In this document: positions 11,760 through 25,369 of the stretch, piece after piece
Numbering within the stretch: position 1 is the first letter of the stretch
How the letters are laid out: every line of letters starts with the position of its first letter
Assembly (NCBI GenBank): GCA_043228905.1
Contig: JBHGNT010000011.1
Coordinates: forward strand, 3,720,001 to 3,784,000
Source of the DNA: Azolla caroliniana
Taxonomy: Eukaryota; Plantae; Polypodiophyta
Direction of reading: 5' to 3'
DNA: 64,000 nt
Position numbers and translations under genes: made by a program
Notes under the pieces: generated by a model
What the model saw: only the letters and a program-made list of their open reading frames with translations
What the model was told of the DNA's origin: nothing
The model's database searches: none

Positions 11760-13954
11760 ATCATTAGTAGCAACCAACACATTGTCTTCATCCAATTGAA
11801 ATCCGACGTCACCGTGAGTACGAGACATACTCCTTGTTTGTCTCTTTGTTGCATCGGGAGGCACATCTGGGATTTTCTCTTTTATTATGTATTGTGGCCT
11901 GTCTTAGATGACATATTTTGGTCAAGGATAAGTCATACACTAGTATGTCTACATTATCAAGTGTCAGAGTAGACGTGCTCGGTAGATTTTTTCTAGGGAG
12001 AGGTATAATACCGATGAACCACAATGGGGATAATTTGATTGCGTTGTTCATCGTTAATAATTTCGGTGATTTTACCAAACCAAAAGGGATGGCCCAACTC
12101 ATCACCCCCAACTAATGTTGCAACCAACATACTAACTTGTATCTCATGCAGATTGCCTTGCCATCTCGCCTCTGCAACACGCGATATTCTTGGTCCCACG
12201 TAAATATCTCTTTGTCGTGGACGAACTAGATTAGTCGTGGTCACCATTGATGGGCTGACAATATTCCATTTGAATTGATTTTGGAGTGCCCAGTAACCGG
12301 CAAAGTGGTTAACTAAAATTGTACGCTGATGGTTAAAGAAGGTGCCCCACCATTCAACATCATGATCACCAACATAATTCTTGGTGTGCTCAATATATTT
12401 TGTTTCTCTTCAAGGCTCCACATCCAATGTATCTTTTTCTCTTCAATCTAACTACCAAGAGCCAATCTTTTACACTCGTCATTTTGCATTTGTTCTGCAC
12501 CATGGATTACCGCATCCGGAAAACACAATAAGAGCCTACATCCCGCTTGTGGCTCCCATTGTGAACTATATGAGTATTGTTTGGCATACAACACCATCTA
12601 GTTGTGGTTTATAGAATTTCTTTTTATGAGAAGGACGTGGTTAAAACTGATATTATTAAGCGGGGCAAGAACCCTACATAGAGTTCCATCACCATCCATG
12701 CAGAAGCATTTAAAATCCAAATGTTGTACTTCTAGCTTTGGGATATAAGCTTCAATGATCAACTTTGATAGTGTAGGAAACGTGAAAGCATTACATCTCT
12801 CTTTTCTTCGAGAACCTACTAAGCATTTGATTTGTATGATCATGTGTGTCACAAACTAGTAAGAAGTTGACCTTAATCTTTTTTAATATACCCCTCTCTA
12901 CCAGCATACTTAAATAACCGAACACAATCGAGTTTTTGTTTTCTTTGACCATGTTGTCTAGTTGCACATATAGTACTAGCGGGAGAATACCTTGTCAAGA
13001 CTGTAAAACTCTCTACATGATTGTTAGTGTAAGATTAGGCTCGTTGTGGATATTAGGATAAGTTAGGAACACTTGACGCCTTATTGTCTGAAATTATGAT
13101 AGACAACCTACTCAGTGCATTTGTACAGGCATTCATCTCCAATATCCTTCAGTAACCTTTGAAAGTGTGGCAAACAAGTCCTCTTCTGATCCATGCTATC
13201 TATAATCAAGCACATGTACCTTTCTAGTAATTGAAGCACTTTTTGTCGGTGGTGCATAACGTTAGATCTTTCTAACGCTTGACTTTCTCAATGTTCTTTT
13301 AATAAATTCTTATAGTTCTTTATTTCTTCATCTATTCTCCCACTCTTTTCCATGCCTTACGCGATATGATCACATTGTTAATCTGCAACCTCCACAATCG
13401 ATTGAAATGTTGATATTGTATATAAGGTACACTTTCTAATAACATGTCATCCTTATACGCTTGGTAAACCTCACAACGAGTGAAGTTATCTGACAAATGT
13501 AATCTTCCAGTTGTGGACATAATATCACATTGCTTTGAGAAATATATCTCCATCCACCTAACGGCATGGCACCCAACCAAACCCTTACATCTAGATGCTT
13601 TATTGTTGAACGGTACCCACAAACCCTTTACTAATCGATGTTGAATTCTTTGGAGCCTCATGTTACCAATGCTATAAGCAATTTTGAAAGAAACTCGGCA
13701 ACTCTTCATACTTAGTGCAAGGTAATATTCGACATGCATTGAACTTGGCCCTGTTGTATAGTCCTGAACAAGTTGCAAATGTGAAATCATAAAAGTACCT
13801 TGTTCATCACCATTAAGTGACAAATAGTTATGTCGCAATCCCCTCAAGTTTACCTTTCCAAATCTCGAAAGACAGATTCCCACAGCATGGTTTCCTTGTA
13901 TCAAACACAATTTCATGATCTGAACACAGAATATTATATGTTTTCACACTTACT
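11760..13954 (-). pseudogene. Decayed DDE transposase of Sola-like DNA transposon type, split by Copia E
   Basis: Minus-strand motifs CLIIDSMDQKRTCLPHF (~13165-13215), LYVQLDNMVKENKN (~12935-12975) and FLLVCDTHDHTNQM (decayed GHTHxxIDQ, ~12825-12870), plus HLSDNFTRCEVY...FNRLW. Family assignment is from motif recall only. Confidence 0.65.
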
Positions 13955-16900
13955 TGACAGAAATATGCGGAATAGTGCTCGGCCACAACCGAGTCTTCGA
14001 TCACTTAATGATAATAAAACACAGAAAAATGAGAAATGGAAGCAATTACACAAACAAAAGAGAATGCACAAGATGTTAACGTGGAAAACCCTAAACGGGA
14101 AAAACCACGGGAGTTCACAAACTCCAACTATCACTATGGCGAGAGGAATACCTCAGGTAAGCACGGAGGCAACGACCTCGTGCTCACAATCTTCGCCTTG
14201 CGACGGTTACAACAGAGACTCACTCTGTTTCTCTCTCTCTCTCTCTCTCTCTCAATCTTTCCCTCTGGTACGCTCTGTACAACAATTACACCAATAACTC
14301 TATACAAAATTAACAACATCAATCATAACACTCTGTTTGCCCTAGGTCATATTTATACTAATATGACATTAGGAATATTTATAGATGTAGCCCTAATGGG
14401 CTCTCAAAAACATATTTCCATATATGTCCCTTCATCTGGTGAAAGGTTCTCATCGGGCCTGCGTCATCCGGTTCTCATTGGGTCTCCCTTGCCAGGTACT
14501 CCTCATCCGGTTCTCACCGGGCCTTCATCATCCCATCCGGAGGGACCAAGATCCTAACAATCTCTCCCTTCACTCCGGCATGGGATGTCTGGTTAGTCCC
14601 ATTCTCCTCCGTGTGGATCTTTGTCAGCACGAACTCTCGATCTTCCATTCGCTCCCAGATCCAGTGGTACCTACGTTGGATGTGCTTCGTCCTGGAATGA
14701 TACGCTGCGTTCTTCGCAAGGTGGATGGAACTTTTACTGTCGCAATAGAGCCGGTATTCCTCTTGCCGGATCGCTAGCTCTCCGATGAAGTCCTTCATCC
14801 ATAATATTTCCTTGCCAGCTTCCACAACTGCCATATACTCCGCCTCTGTGGTTGACAATGCAACCGTCTTCTGCAACCTCGATTGCCACGAAACAACTCT
14901 CCCTGCATATGTCATAAAATATCCCGATGTTGACCGGTTGGTATCCACATCAGCCAACATATCCGAATCGGTGAAACCGTCAAGTTGGGGTTTACCCGAG
15001 CCGAATCGGAGGCACATACTTAAAGTGCCCTTCAAATACCGGAGTATCCATTTTACCGCATTCCAGTGCTCCTTGCCGGGATTGCTCATAAACCGGTTCA
15101 CCACTCCGACTGCGTATCCGATATCCGGTCGGGTACACACCATTGCGTACATTAAGCTCCTGACAGCAGAGGCATATGGAATCTTCATCATATCTGCCTT
15201 CTCTGCCTTCGTCTTTGGGCTTTGCTTACCGGATAGCTTGCAGTTTTCTGGAAGTGTCGATCTGACCGGTTTCGCGTTTGACATGTTGAACCGCTGAAGC
15301 ACCTTTGTCACGTACTTCTCCTGTGACAACCACAATTGCTTCGTTGACCGGTCACGGATGATATGCATCCCCAGTATCTGTCTTGCTGGACCCAAGTCTT
15401 TCATTGAGAAGGTTTAGTTCAAGGCCTTCTTCAGCATCCATATCTTGACTTGGTCTCGTCCGACGATCAACATGTCATCCACGTACAGGAGAAGTATCAG
15501 GAAGTCTCCACCTTCGAACTTCATCACAAATACGCAGTGATTGGCCTGCGTCTTGTGGTACCCTTGATCGATCATGAAGGAGTCGAACTTCCAGTACCAT
15601 TGCGGGGAGCCTGCTCCAAACCATAGAGGCTCTTCTTCAACCGGCAAACCAGGTGCTCCTTCCCTTTCTTCACAAATCCCTCCGGTTGCTGCATGTAGAT
15701 CTCCTCTTCGAGCTCGCCGTGGAGGAACGTCATCTTCACGTCTAGTTGCTCTACCTCGAGGTCCATGCTTGCAACTATGCTCAACACCGTCCAGATGGAA
15801 GTCATCTTTACTATCGGGGAAAATATCTCGTCGAAGTCCACACGCTTCTTTTGCTGGAACCCCTTCACCACGATCCTAGCTTTGTACCTTAGGGGGTTGT
15901 CGGCATCTCCCGGTTTCAACTTGTACACCCACTTATTCTGGAGTGCCCGCTTTCCTTTCGGCAACTCCACCAGTTCATACGTGTAGTTCTCATGCAGGGA
16001 ACCCTTCTCATCCGGCATGGCACTTAACCACTTGCGGCTATGGGTGTCCTCCTTTGCTTCTTCGAAGCTTTTTGGCTCCCCCTCATCAGGTAGCAGCACA
16101 CGCTCTACATCCGGAAATCTCCAGGGGGCCCTTCTCTCTCTGAGAGGATATCTCCGTCTTTGGCTTTCGGCAACCGGCTCTTCTGTTTGTTCTTCATCCA
16201 AATCCGATTTGGGGTCTTGGCCTGTTTCGGTTTCAGCTTCCTCTTCTTCTTCTTCTGCCGGTTTGGTGTCCTCACCGTAATCGGCCAGTTCGTCGAGTGT
16301 CAACCGGCTCTCAGCTGGGTAGGTCTGAATCTCATCGAACCGATCCTTACCAGTCGACTCGGAGTTCATTATCTTCTTCTCCAACTCCCAGTCGGCAAGG
16401 GTCTTGTCTTCCATGAAGATAATATCTCGACTCCAAAAAACCTTCTTGTTGACCGGATCCCACACTCGATAGCATGTGCTAGCATACTCCGGATCCTCTC
16501 CATTATGGTCCGATTCATCCTCTCGGCCAACCTGTTTAGTTTCGGCGTCTTCGGCATGGTAAAATTGAGTCGGATGCCCTTCGAGCGGCAATACTCCTCA
16601 AACTGCCCCCGGTATTCACATCTGTTATCTGCTCGAACCGGCTTCAGCTTCTGGCTGGTTTCTCTTTCCACTCTTGCGTGGAGCTCCTTGAAGACGGATA
16701 ACACCCGATCCTTCGTCTTCAATGGTGTGGCCCGCAGGTTCCGGCTATGGTCATCTATGAACGTCACGAAGTACTGTGATCCGGCATGTGACCTCGTGTC
16801 CACTTGACACACATCGGTATGCACCAGCTCCAGTGGTGCATTACGTCTCATTGGTGGCCTTGAGCGGAAGGAGGTCTGGTTTTGTTTACCGGCTAAGCAG

Positions 16901-18607
16901 TCGGTGCACTTCTCAAGATGCACGTCTTTCATCAGAATGAGGTTTTTATCAGCAAGCCTCTTCATCCCCTTCTCGCTCATGTGACACAGTCTCTTGTGCC
17001 ACAGCTCACCGGAAGTGTCGGAAACAATGTTCACTTCTTCCGGGCATAACCAGGCATTCATCAGGTACAGTGTGTTGACTTTCCAGGCTAGAGCCATTAT
17101 TAAGCTCCCCTTGTTGAACTTCATAACACCGTTCCGGATGCTACCCGTGTAGCCTTCATCATCTAGCCGACCAGTTGATATCAGGTTCAGTCAAACCTCC
17201 GGAACGTGTCATACATCCTTCAGTAGCAACTTGCATTCGGTTGGTGTTGTCAACCACACGTCTCCAATGCCGACAATTCGGCATGTACCTTCATTCCCCA
17301 TCCGGACACATCCGTGCTCATTGGTTGTGTAGGATGAGAAGCATTTCCAGTTTGGGGTAAGGTGGAACGATGCTCCGGAATCGACAACCCACGTTGTCTC
17401 CTCGTCGGCAAGGTTCAACTCACTCTCCTCGGTGGTGAGCATCAACTCTTCTTCACTTGCCGCGATTGCCGTCATTCCCTTCTGGTCTAGTCCCCTCCGG
17501 TCTTTACCATTCCAGTCCAGTGACCGCTTCGAATCGGTGCTGTCAGTTTCCTTTTCTGTTTGGAAATGCCGACAGTTCTTCTGGAAGTGTCCCGGCTTGC
17601 CGCAATAGAAGCAAGTAGGCCTCCCCCTTGACTTTGACCGTGTCTTCGACTTTTCCTGGTTCTGGGGACTATGATTCCTTTGTCTTCCGTGTTCCGATTC
17701 GGTAAGGAGCGCTTTGGAGTCGGAGCTCCTATCCTTGTCTTTCTGACGCACCTCCTCGTCTAGCAAGCTCGACTTGACTCTTGCTAGGGATAACTGTTTT
17801 CCTTCCGGCCCGGTGTTGCCCAAAGTGACAACTAACGTCTCCCAGCTATCCAGGAGGGAACCGAGCAGGAGTAGAGCAAGTACCTCATCGGTGAGAGGTA
17901 CTTCCAATGAGGTTGCCTGGTGAATCAGCCCCTGGAAGGCATTCATGTGCTCAGCCATACTAGAGCCGTCTTGGTACCGGAGCCTAACTAGCTTCCGAAA
18001 TACCGAAACCCGATTAACAACATTTTTGTTCTGAAACATAATGTCGATCTTCTCCCAGAGCTCATGAGCCTTACTCTCTTCATAGAAGTTGTTGTACAGG
18101 CTCATGTCGATGAAGCACCGTATGTACGCCATTGTCTTCATGTGCATCACCTCCCATATCGTGGCATCGATCTTGTCCGGTCTCTTGTCCCCGAACTGAA
18201 CCGGCAACCAAAGATCTTTAACCACGAACATGTCCCTCCTCTTCGACTTCCACACTGAGTAGTTAGAGCCGGTGAGCTTGAACATCCTGCCAAACGAATC
18301 TTCCATTCTCTGTGTTGTTTCGCTCTAATACGAATTTGACAGGAATATGCGGAATAGTGCTCGGCCACAACCGAGTCTTCGATCACTTAATGATAATAAA
18401 ACACAGAAAAATGACAAATGGAAGCAATTACACAAACAAAAGAGAATGCACAAGATGTTAACGTGGAAAACCCTAAACGGGAAAAACCACGGGAGTTCAC
18501 AAACTCCAACTATCACTATGGCGAGAGGAATACCTCAGGTAAGCACGGAGGCAGCGACCTCATGCTCACAATCTTCGCCTTGCGGCGGTTACAAGAGAGA
18601 CTCACTC

Positions 18608-18671
<64 letters not shown>

Positions 18672-18712
18672 TCTGGTACGCTCTGTACAACAGTTACACC
18701 AATAACTCACTC

Positions 18713-18747
<35 letters not shown>

Positions 18748-19050
18748 CTTTCCCTCTGGTACGCTCTGTACAACAATTACACCAATAACTCTATACAAAA
18801 TTAACAACATCAATCATAACACTCTGTTTGCCCTAGGTCATATTTATACTAATATGACATTAGGACTATTTATAGATGTAGCCCTAATGGGCTCTCAAAA
18901 ACATATTTCCATATATGTCCCTTCATCTGGTGAGTGGTTCTTACCGGGCCTGCGTCATCCGGTTCTCACTAGGTCTCCCTTGCCGAGTACTCCTCATCTG
19001 GTTCTCACTGGGCCTTCATCATCCCATCCGAAGGGACCGATATCCTAACA
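13955..19050 (-). mobile_element. Ty1/Copia element E with both LTRs and internal deletions
   Basis: LTRs 13955-14559 (3') and 18337-19050 (5'). TSD TTACT (13950-13954, 19051-19055). Mutated PBS at 18322-18333; PPT near 14560-14575. Gag/PR 17209-18306, integrase 16470-17124, RT/RNase H 14575-16000, with frameshifts. Confidence 0.93.
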
Positions 19051-19939
19051 TTACTTTCCGAGGACTTCTTCGAAAATTGAAAGGTTAGTTGACACAAACC
19101 TCGTCCGTAGACGAATCAACCCCAATTTGACTTGATATTGAGGACATCTCGATTGGGTAGATTAGATCCAATGAGGGAAAAAATAGTAAAAAGTTTTACT
19201 AGAATAAGGCACTTATACAAATAATTTTTTGAACAATTACTATAAAAAGGAAAGTCATCTCCTCATTGTCATTATCACATTAAAGAATTCCAAGAGCTCA
19301 AGCGCACCAGCATTCTCTGACTCTTTGTTTTTCGCCATCTTGAACACCTCCTCGCAACTTAGGTACCATGGTCAAGGGAAAGAAAGTTACTATGTATCTT
19401 TATTAAACTGATTCTTAAGATTCCCTCAAGATGCTTTTCTGTTATTAATTAGTTTTAATCTAATTATCAAAGTGTAGTATACGGGAATTCGATGCAGTGC
19501 ATTGAATTCCCATTTAATAGGTCCTTCCTGTTGAATGGGAATTCAATGTAGTGCATCCTTCCATTGAAAAAATTAGCCTATAAATAAATATGTGGTTTCT
19601 TTATGATGCTAATCCTAAAATATTTATTCTATTTTAGTGAACCTTGCCAAAAAGTCTCTGCTTAAGATCAGGTCTCCTGCGAAAACGGGTTCTGATAGCT
19701 TCCTATAAGAGAAATCCCATAGGATGCTTTTTGGGTCTGGTGATGACGAGACGTCGAAGTCATTTGTGGGTAATACCATCAAGATGCTTGAAAACAAGCT
19801 AGTGGACCCGAAAGTCAAAAACTACATAAACCTAGAATGGAGTTTGGTTTAGGTCGAGGAAGATGGAGTATTACTCCTAATATTTGCAAATTCCAAAGGA
19901 AAATGAAAAATGGATTTAGGCAAGAGCTTCACATATGGT

Positions 19940-22900
19940 GAGGGAATCCATCTCAGGTTACATGGAACTTAACCACTTGTCATTGTGAGTGTCTTTCTTT
20001 GCTTCTTCAAAGCTCTTCGACTTTCCCTTGTTGGTCAGCAAGATATGCTCTTCATTCGGAAATCTATGGGGGGCCCTTCTCTCTCTAAGAGGGTATCTTC
20101 TTCCTTGGTTTTAGATCACTGGTTCTTCAGTTGGTTCTTCATCTGATTCCGATTCGAGGCGAATCCGACTCCCGACTATCGATCCAAATTCGATCGACTC
20201 TCCCTGTTCTTTAGTTGGGTGTTCAGAGAGATGTGTTCTTCTCTGACTCCTAGTCAACAATAGTCTTCTCCTCCATAAAGACTATGTCTCGAATCCGACT
20301 AACCTTCTTGTCGACTAAGTCCCATAGTCGGTAGCCGAACTCGTTGTCGTCGTATCCAAGGAATATGCATGGTCGAGCTTTCGGGTCTAGTTTTCCCTGT
20401 TTGTCCTCTGCGATATGCACATAGGCAAGACAGTCGCATACCTTCAGATGTCGGTATGAAACTTCTTTGTCGGTCCATCTCTGTCCAAGGGTGCCGAGGG
20501 CGATCTGTTTATCGCGTACGTCGATGTCATCAATGCCTCAGCCTAGAACGTCTTGGACAGCTTGGCATGTGCAAGCATACTATGGACCCTTTCAATTACG
20601 GCCTGGTTCATTCTCTCGGCCAACCCATTAAGCTCTAGCGTCTTCGGCATGGTGTACTCGAGCCCGATTCCGTTCATTGGCAGTACTCCTCAAACTGCCC
20701 TCGATATTCACCTCTGTTGTCCACTCGAATTGCTTTCAGCTTCCGGCCAGTTTCTCTTCTTACTCTCACAAGAAAATCCTTGAAGAAGGATAATACCTGG
20801 TCCTTCGTCTTTAGCGTGGAGACCCACAACTTCCAACTATGGTCATCTCTGAATGTCACAAACTACTATGATCCGGCATGTGACTTCACGTCCACGGAAT
20901 ATACATCAGTATGCATGAGTTCAAGCGGTGCCTTTCGTCTAATAGCTGGTATCGACCGGAAAGAAGTTTTGTTTTGCTTGTCGGCTAAGCAATCAATGCA
21001 CTTCTCAAGTTGCGCCTCCGGAATGAGGTTACCTTCGGCAAGTCTCTGCATCCCCTTCTAGCTCATGTGACATAACCTTTCTTGCCATAACTCACCTGTA
21101 GTGCCAGATGCTATGTTCACATCCTCCTGGTATATCCGGGCATGCATCATGTACAATGTGTTGATCTTCCGAGCTCGGTCCATGATCAGACTTCCTCTGC
21201 AAAACTTCATTGTATTGTTCTGGATGCCAGCCGTATAGCCTTCATCGTCCAACAGACCAACTGATATGAGGTTCAGTCGATCCTCTGAACGTGTCGAACA
21301 TCTTTTAACATCAGCTTGGACCCAGTTGACGTTGTCAGCCACACATCTCCTATGTCGACAATTCGGCATGCTCCTTCATTCCCCATCCTTACACAACCGT
21401 GATCTCCAGCACTGTAAGATGAGAAGCACTTCCTATTGGGGGTCAGATGGAATGACGCTCCGGAGTTCACCACCCACGTCGATTCGTCGCTAACAAGGTG
21501 TAGCTCACTCTCCTCGGTGATGAGTAGTAGTTCCTCTTCACTTGTCACTATTGCCGATGTTCCGCTTGTTTCCGAAATCTTCTTCAGTTCAGAGTCGTCA
21601 GCTCCGCCTTTTACTTTCCGGAAGTGTCAACAATTCATTTGGAAGTGGCCCAGCTTTGCTCAATAAAAGCAGGTGGGCCTCCCCCTTGACTTCGACCTTG
21701 TCCCTGACTTTTCCCAGTTCTAGGGACTTCTGTTCCGGCCTCTTCCCCGATTTGAATCGTTTTCCGTAACTAAGACCTTCAGGTCAATTCTAGACTCTCA
21801 GTCCTTTCGGTGAGCTTCCTCGTTCTACAAGTTTGATTTTACTCTTGCCAGGGATAAAATACCCTTCCGGTTCGTCATTACCCAATGTAACAACTAGTGT
21901 CTTCCCGCTCTCTGGAGAAGATTTGAGCAGCAACAATGCAAGTACCTCATCGAGATCGGTACTTCGAACGAGGTACTATGGTTTATTAGCCCTGGAAGGC
22001 GTTCATATGCTCTACCATACTGGCACCATCCTGATACCTAAGTCTCACTATATTCAGAACACTAAGACTCGATTCACAACATTCTTGTTCTCTAACATAA
22101 TGTCGATCTTCTCTAAGTGTGTTGATCTTCCGGGATCGGGCCATGATCAGACTTCCTCTGCAAAAATTCATTGTGTCGTTCCGGATGCTACCCGTGTAGC
22201 CTTCATCATCCAGCCGATCGACTGTTATCAGGTTCAGTCAAACCACTGGAACATGTCAGACATCTTTCAACAACAGCTTGGCCTCAGTTGATGTTCTTAG
22301 CCACACATCTCCTATGCCGACAATTCGGCATGCTCCTTCATTCCCCATCCATACAGAATCGTGACCTTCGACATTGTAAGATGAGAAGCACTTCGTGTTG
22401 GGGGTCAGATGGAATGATGCTTCGGAGTCCACCACCCACGTCCATTTGTAGCTAACAAGGTGTAGCTCACTCTCCTCGGTGATGAGTAGTAGTTCCTCTT
22501 CACTTGTCACTATTGCCGACGTTCCTCTTGTTTCCGAAATCTTCTTCCGTTTGGGGTCGTCGGCTCTCCCATTTGCTTTCCGGAAGTGTCGGCAATTCTT
22601 TTGGAAGTGCCCTAGCTTTCTGAAATAAAAGCAGGTGGGCCTTCCCCTTGACTTCGACCTTGTCCCCAATTTTTCCCGGTTCTGGGGACTTCTGTTCCGG
22701 CCTCTTCCCCGATTTGAGTTGTTTTCCATAACTAAGGCCTTCGGGTTAGTTCCAGACTCTCGGTCCTTTCGGTGAGCTTCCTCATTCTGCAAGCTCGATT
22801 TTAGTCTTGCCATGGATATGTTCTTCCATTCTGGTCCGGCATTACCCAACGTAACAACTAGTGTCTCCTAGCTATCCGAAAAAGATCCGAGCAGCAACAA

Positions 22901-23175
22901 TGCCAATACCTCATCGGTAGCGGTATTTCGAACGAGGTAGTTTGGTTTATTAGCCCTGGAAGGCTTTCATATGCTTTGCCATATTGGCACCATCCTGATA
23001 CCCGAGTCTCACTATATTTTGGAACATTGAGACTCGATTCATAGCATTCTTGTTCTCTAACATAATGTTGATCTTCTCCTAGTGGACATAAGCCTTGTTC
23101 TCTTCATTAAAACTATTGTACATGCTCATGTGGATGAAGCATCTTATGAATGGTTTCATCTTCATATGCATTACT
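19940..23175 (-). mobile_element. Degraded E-family Copia internal region with a duplicated gag-protease block
   Basis: Gag/CCHC/protease occurs twice (about 21157-22110 and 22118-23080); integrase 20250-21060; many stops. Confidence 0.85.
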
Positions 23176-23199
23176 TACTTTACAGGAGCTGCAACTTTG

Positions 23200-24900
23200 T
23201 TCAAGAGATTATATTCACACTAGTCTATTATGTGTGCCTTTGAATGACAGATTGGACAATCTATTCATAGTGTGCATTCTACTGTAGGATGCCCCAAATT
23301 CAAGCATGTGGTGCATTGAATTGTTTGTCGGAACCTTAATTGCTCCAGATTTGGTAATGTTTTTTGTAGTCATGTCATAGACATACTATTACTTCTTCTT
23401 TTTAATCCATTATGAGTGCTTTGTCAATCACCTACTCCAGTGATTGTTCCTTAAAATAAAAAATAGTTAATGTAGTCCAGAGTGACTCTCGTAGTGTCAA
23501 TAAAAATATATCCTTCACATCTTCCTTGGGAGGGGGTCGTGCGAACTGTCTCCGAAGATTTTGAAACCGAATGATAAATTGTGGAATTGTTTCATGAGCT
23601 TCCTGGTAAGACACATAGAAATGGCCCATGAGTTCCCTCTTTGGTATTGCTGATGAAATAATCTGATAAAATTACTAGTTAATTTCTTAAATGACTCAAA
23701 CTCGCCCTCTTCATGCTGTGAGAACTAATTCACTGATTGCCCTTCTAGCAACAATCCGCATATTGCTATCTTTGATTTATCAGCATCCGCTTCTAACGGT
23801 CTATGTGAGACATGGTTAGCTTGCTATGTCATGAGGAAAGCACACATGTGCACTTTTACATCTGCTCCATCATTGTATTTAGGATAGGGGTACGGCATTG
23901 TATCTTCCCCGAAAACTCCTACCAAATCAAGTAGATGTAGGTGTTGGTCAAACGACTCCTCATCCAAACTACTATTGGCGCTTAGTAACTCAGGAATTAC
24001 TCTTAATTCCTCTTTATTCCCCTGTTGATTCCAGTCGACAAACTCCAAATTAGTCGAATGATCTCCTTGTCCATGTTAGGAAATAGGTCCCTCCGGATGG
24101 GAAGTGAGAAGAACAGTGTTGATGAGCAACTCGGTCGAGGCCGAATCCAGATGAGGTGTACTCGGCAACGGAAGACCTGGTGAGAACCGGATGAGGAGTA
24201 CCCGGCAAGGAAGACCCGGTGAGAACCGGATGTTGCAGGCCCCATGAGAACCTCTCATCGGATGGAAGGGACATATATGCAAATATGTTCAAGAGAGCCC
24301 ACCGGGGCTATATTTGTAAATAGCCCGAAAGTCATATTAGTATAAATATGACCTAGGGCAAACTTTATAGTGATGATGTAGAGTTGGTTGTATTATTATC
24401 GTTGTAGCGATAATTCAAAGCATAACTGTGTACAGAGAAGAGAGAGAGAGAAGAAGAGGTTGTTGCCTCTGTCGTAACCGCCTAGTGGCGAAGCGAGGGA
24501 GCAAGAGGTCATTGCCTCTGTGCCCCATTGTTGTAATCTTAATATAGGGAGATTTTGCAGTCTGAGGGCTGCCGTGGTTTTTTCCTAGATTTGGGTTTTC
24601 CACGTTAACATCCAGTGCACTCTCTTCTTTACTGTTTTGTGTGTAGATACATCTCTCCACATCTCTATTTTTCTGTGCTTGATCCGACGTCTCGGTTGTG
24701 GCCGAGCATATCTTAGGAAACCATATTCCTATCAGTCCACGTCGGCTCACCGATCTCATGTATGGTCGTTTGCTTCCTGTAGGCTTTTTTGTACTAGGTT
24801 GATGAGGCGACATCCATTCTTCTTTGTTGAACTCTATTTGTAACAGATGTAACTGAGCGTACCAAAATATTGTGTTGTCTAGCTTGACAGACACAAAGGT
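23200..24900 (-). pseudogene. Gypsy-type gag remnant interrupted by a solo LTR
   Basis: YPYPKYND...HMCAFL and YQEAHETIPQFIIRFQNLRR are Gag-like segments; a decayed CCHC lies near 23285-23325. Confidence 0.55.
24074..24734 (+). mobile_element. Solo LTR (661 bp) related to Copia B/C/E LTRs
   Basis: TGTTAGG...CCTATCA, TSD GTCCA (24069-24073, 24735-24739). Shares GGTCCCTCCGGATGG, GCTATATTTGTAAATAGCCCGAAAGTCAT and GGGTTTTCCACGTTAA with the B LTR. Confidence 0.9.
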
Positions 24901-25369
24901 TCTAACAATTTACTTATCGAGTCATTCTATCAATTGGATTGTGGTTGGAGATTAGAGTGAGTCGACTTTGCTCTATGATTGTTTAAACACAATTAAACAT
25001 AACACATGCGTTGAATTACCATATACTATTATGATCAACTATTAGCTATATGTAATCCGAGTAAGAGAATTTTGAATGGTGGAAACACAGAATATAATCT
25101 AACTAGCGAAATTATATTAAAAAGCTATAGAACAATAGAAATCAATGATGTTACAATGCTCTCAATACCTTTTATAGCCGACCTGAGAGGCTTTACCAAG
25201 ATAATACAATTGCCATTTGGCAAGAACCTACAGTTACAACTAACTGTCCGATTTTTCTACTTGGCAATAATAATAATTATTCAACTATTCCCTTTCACAC
25301 TTGTTCTGCTACGATTCGACTAGTTTGTTGGCGTATATATTTTGGCTAGCCTAGCCGGTCAATCTGATC

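Noticed and set aside
13830-14557. ORFs inside LTRs (also 3729-4040, 18347-19048, 41616-41960)
   Set aside because: They are low-complexity translations of (CT)n and LTR sequence.
19620-19930. Unassigned coding-like fragment
   Set aside because: No recognisable motif and interrupted by stops; a call cannot be supported.
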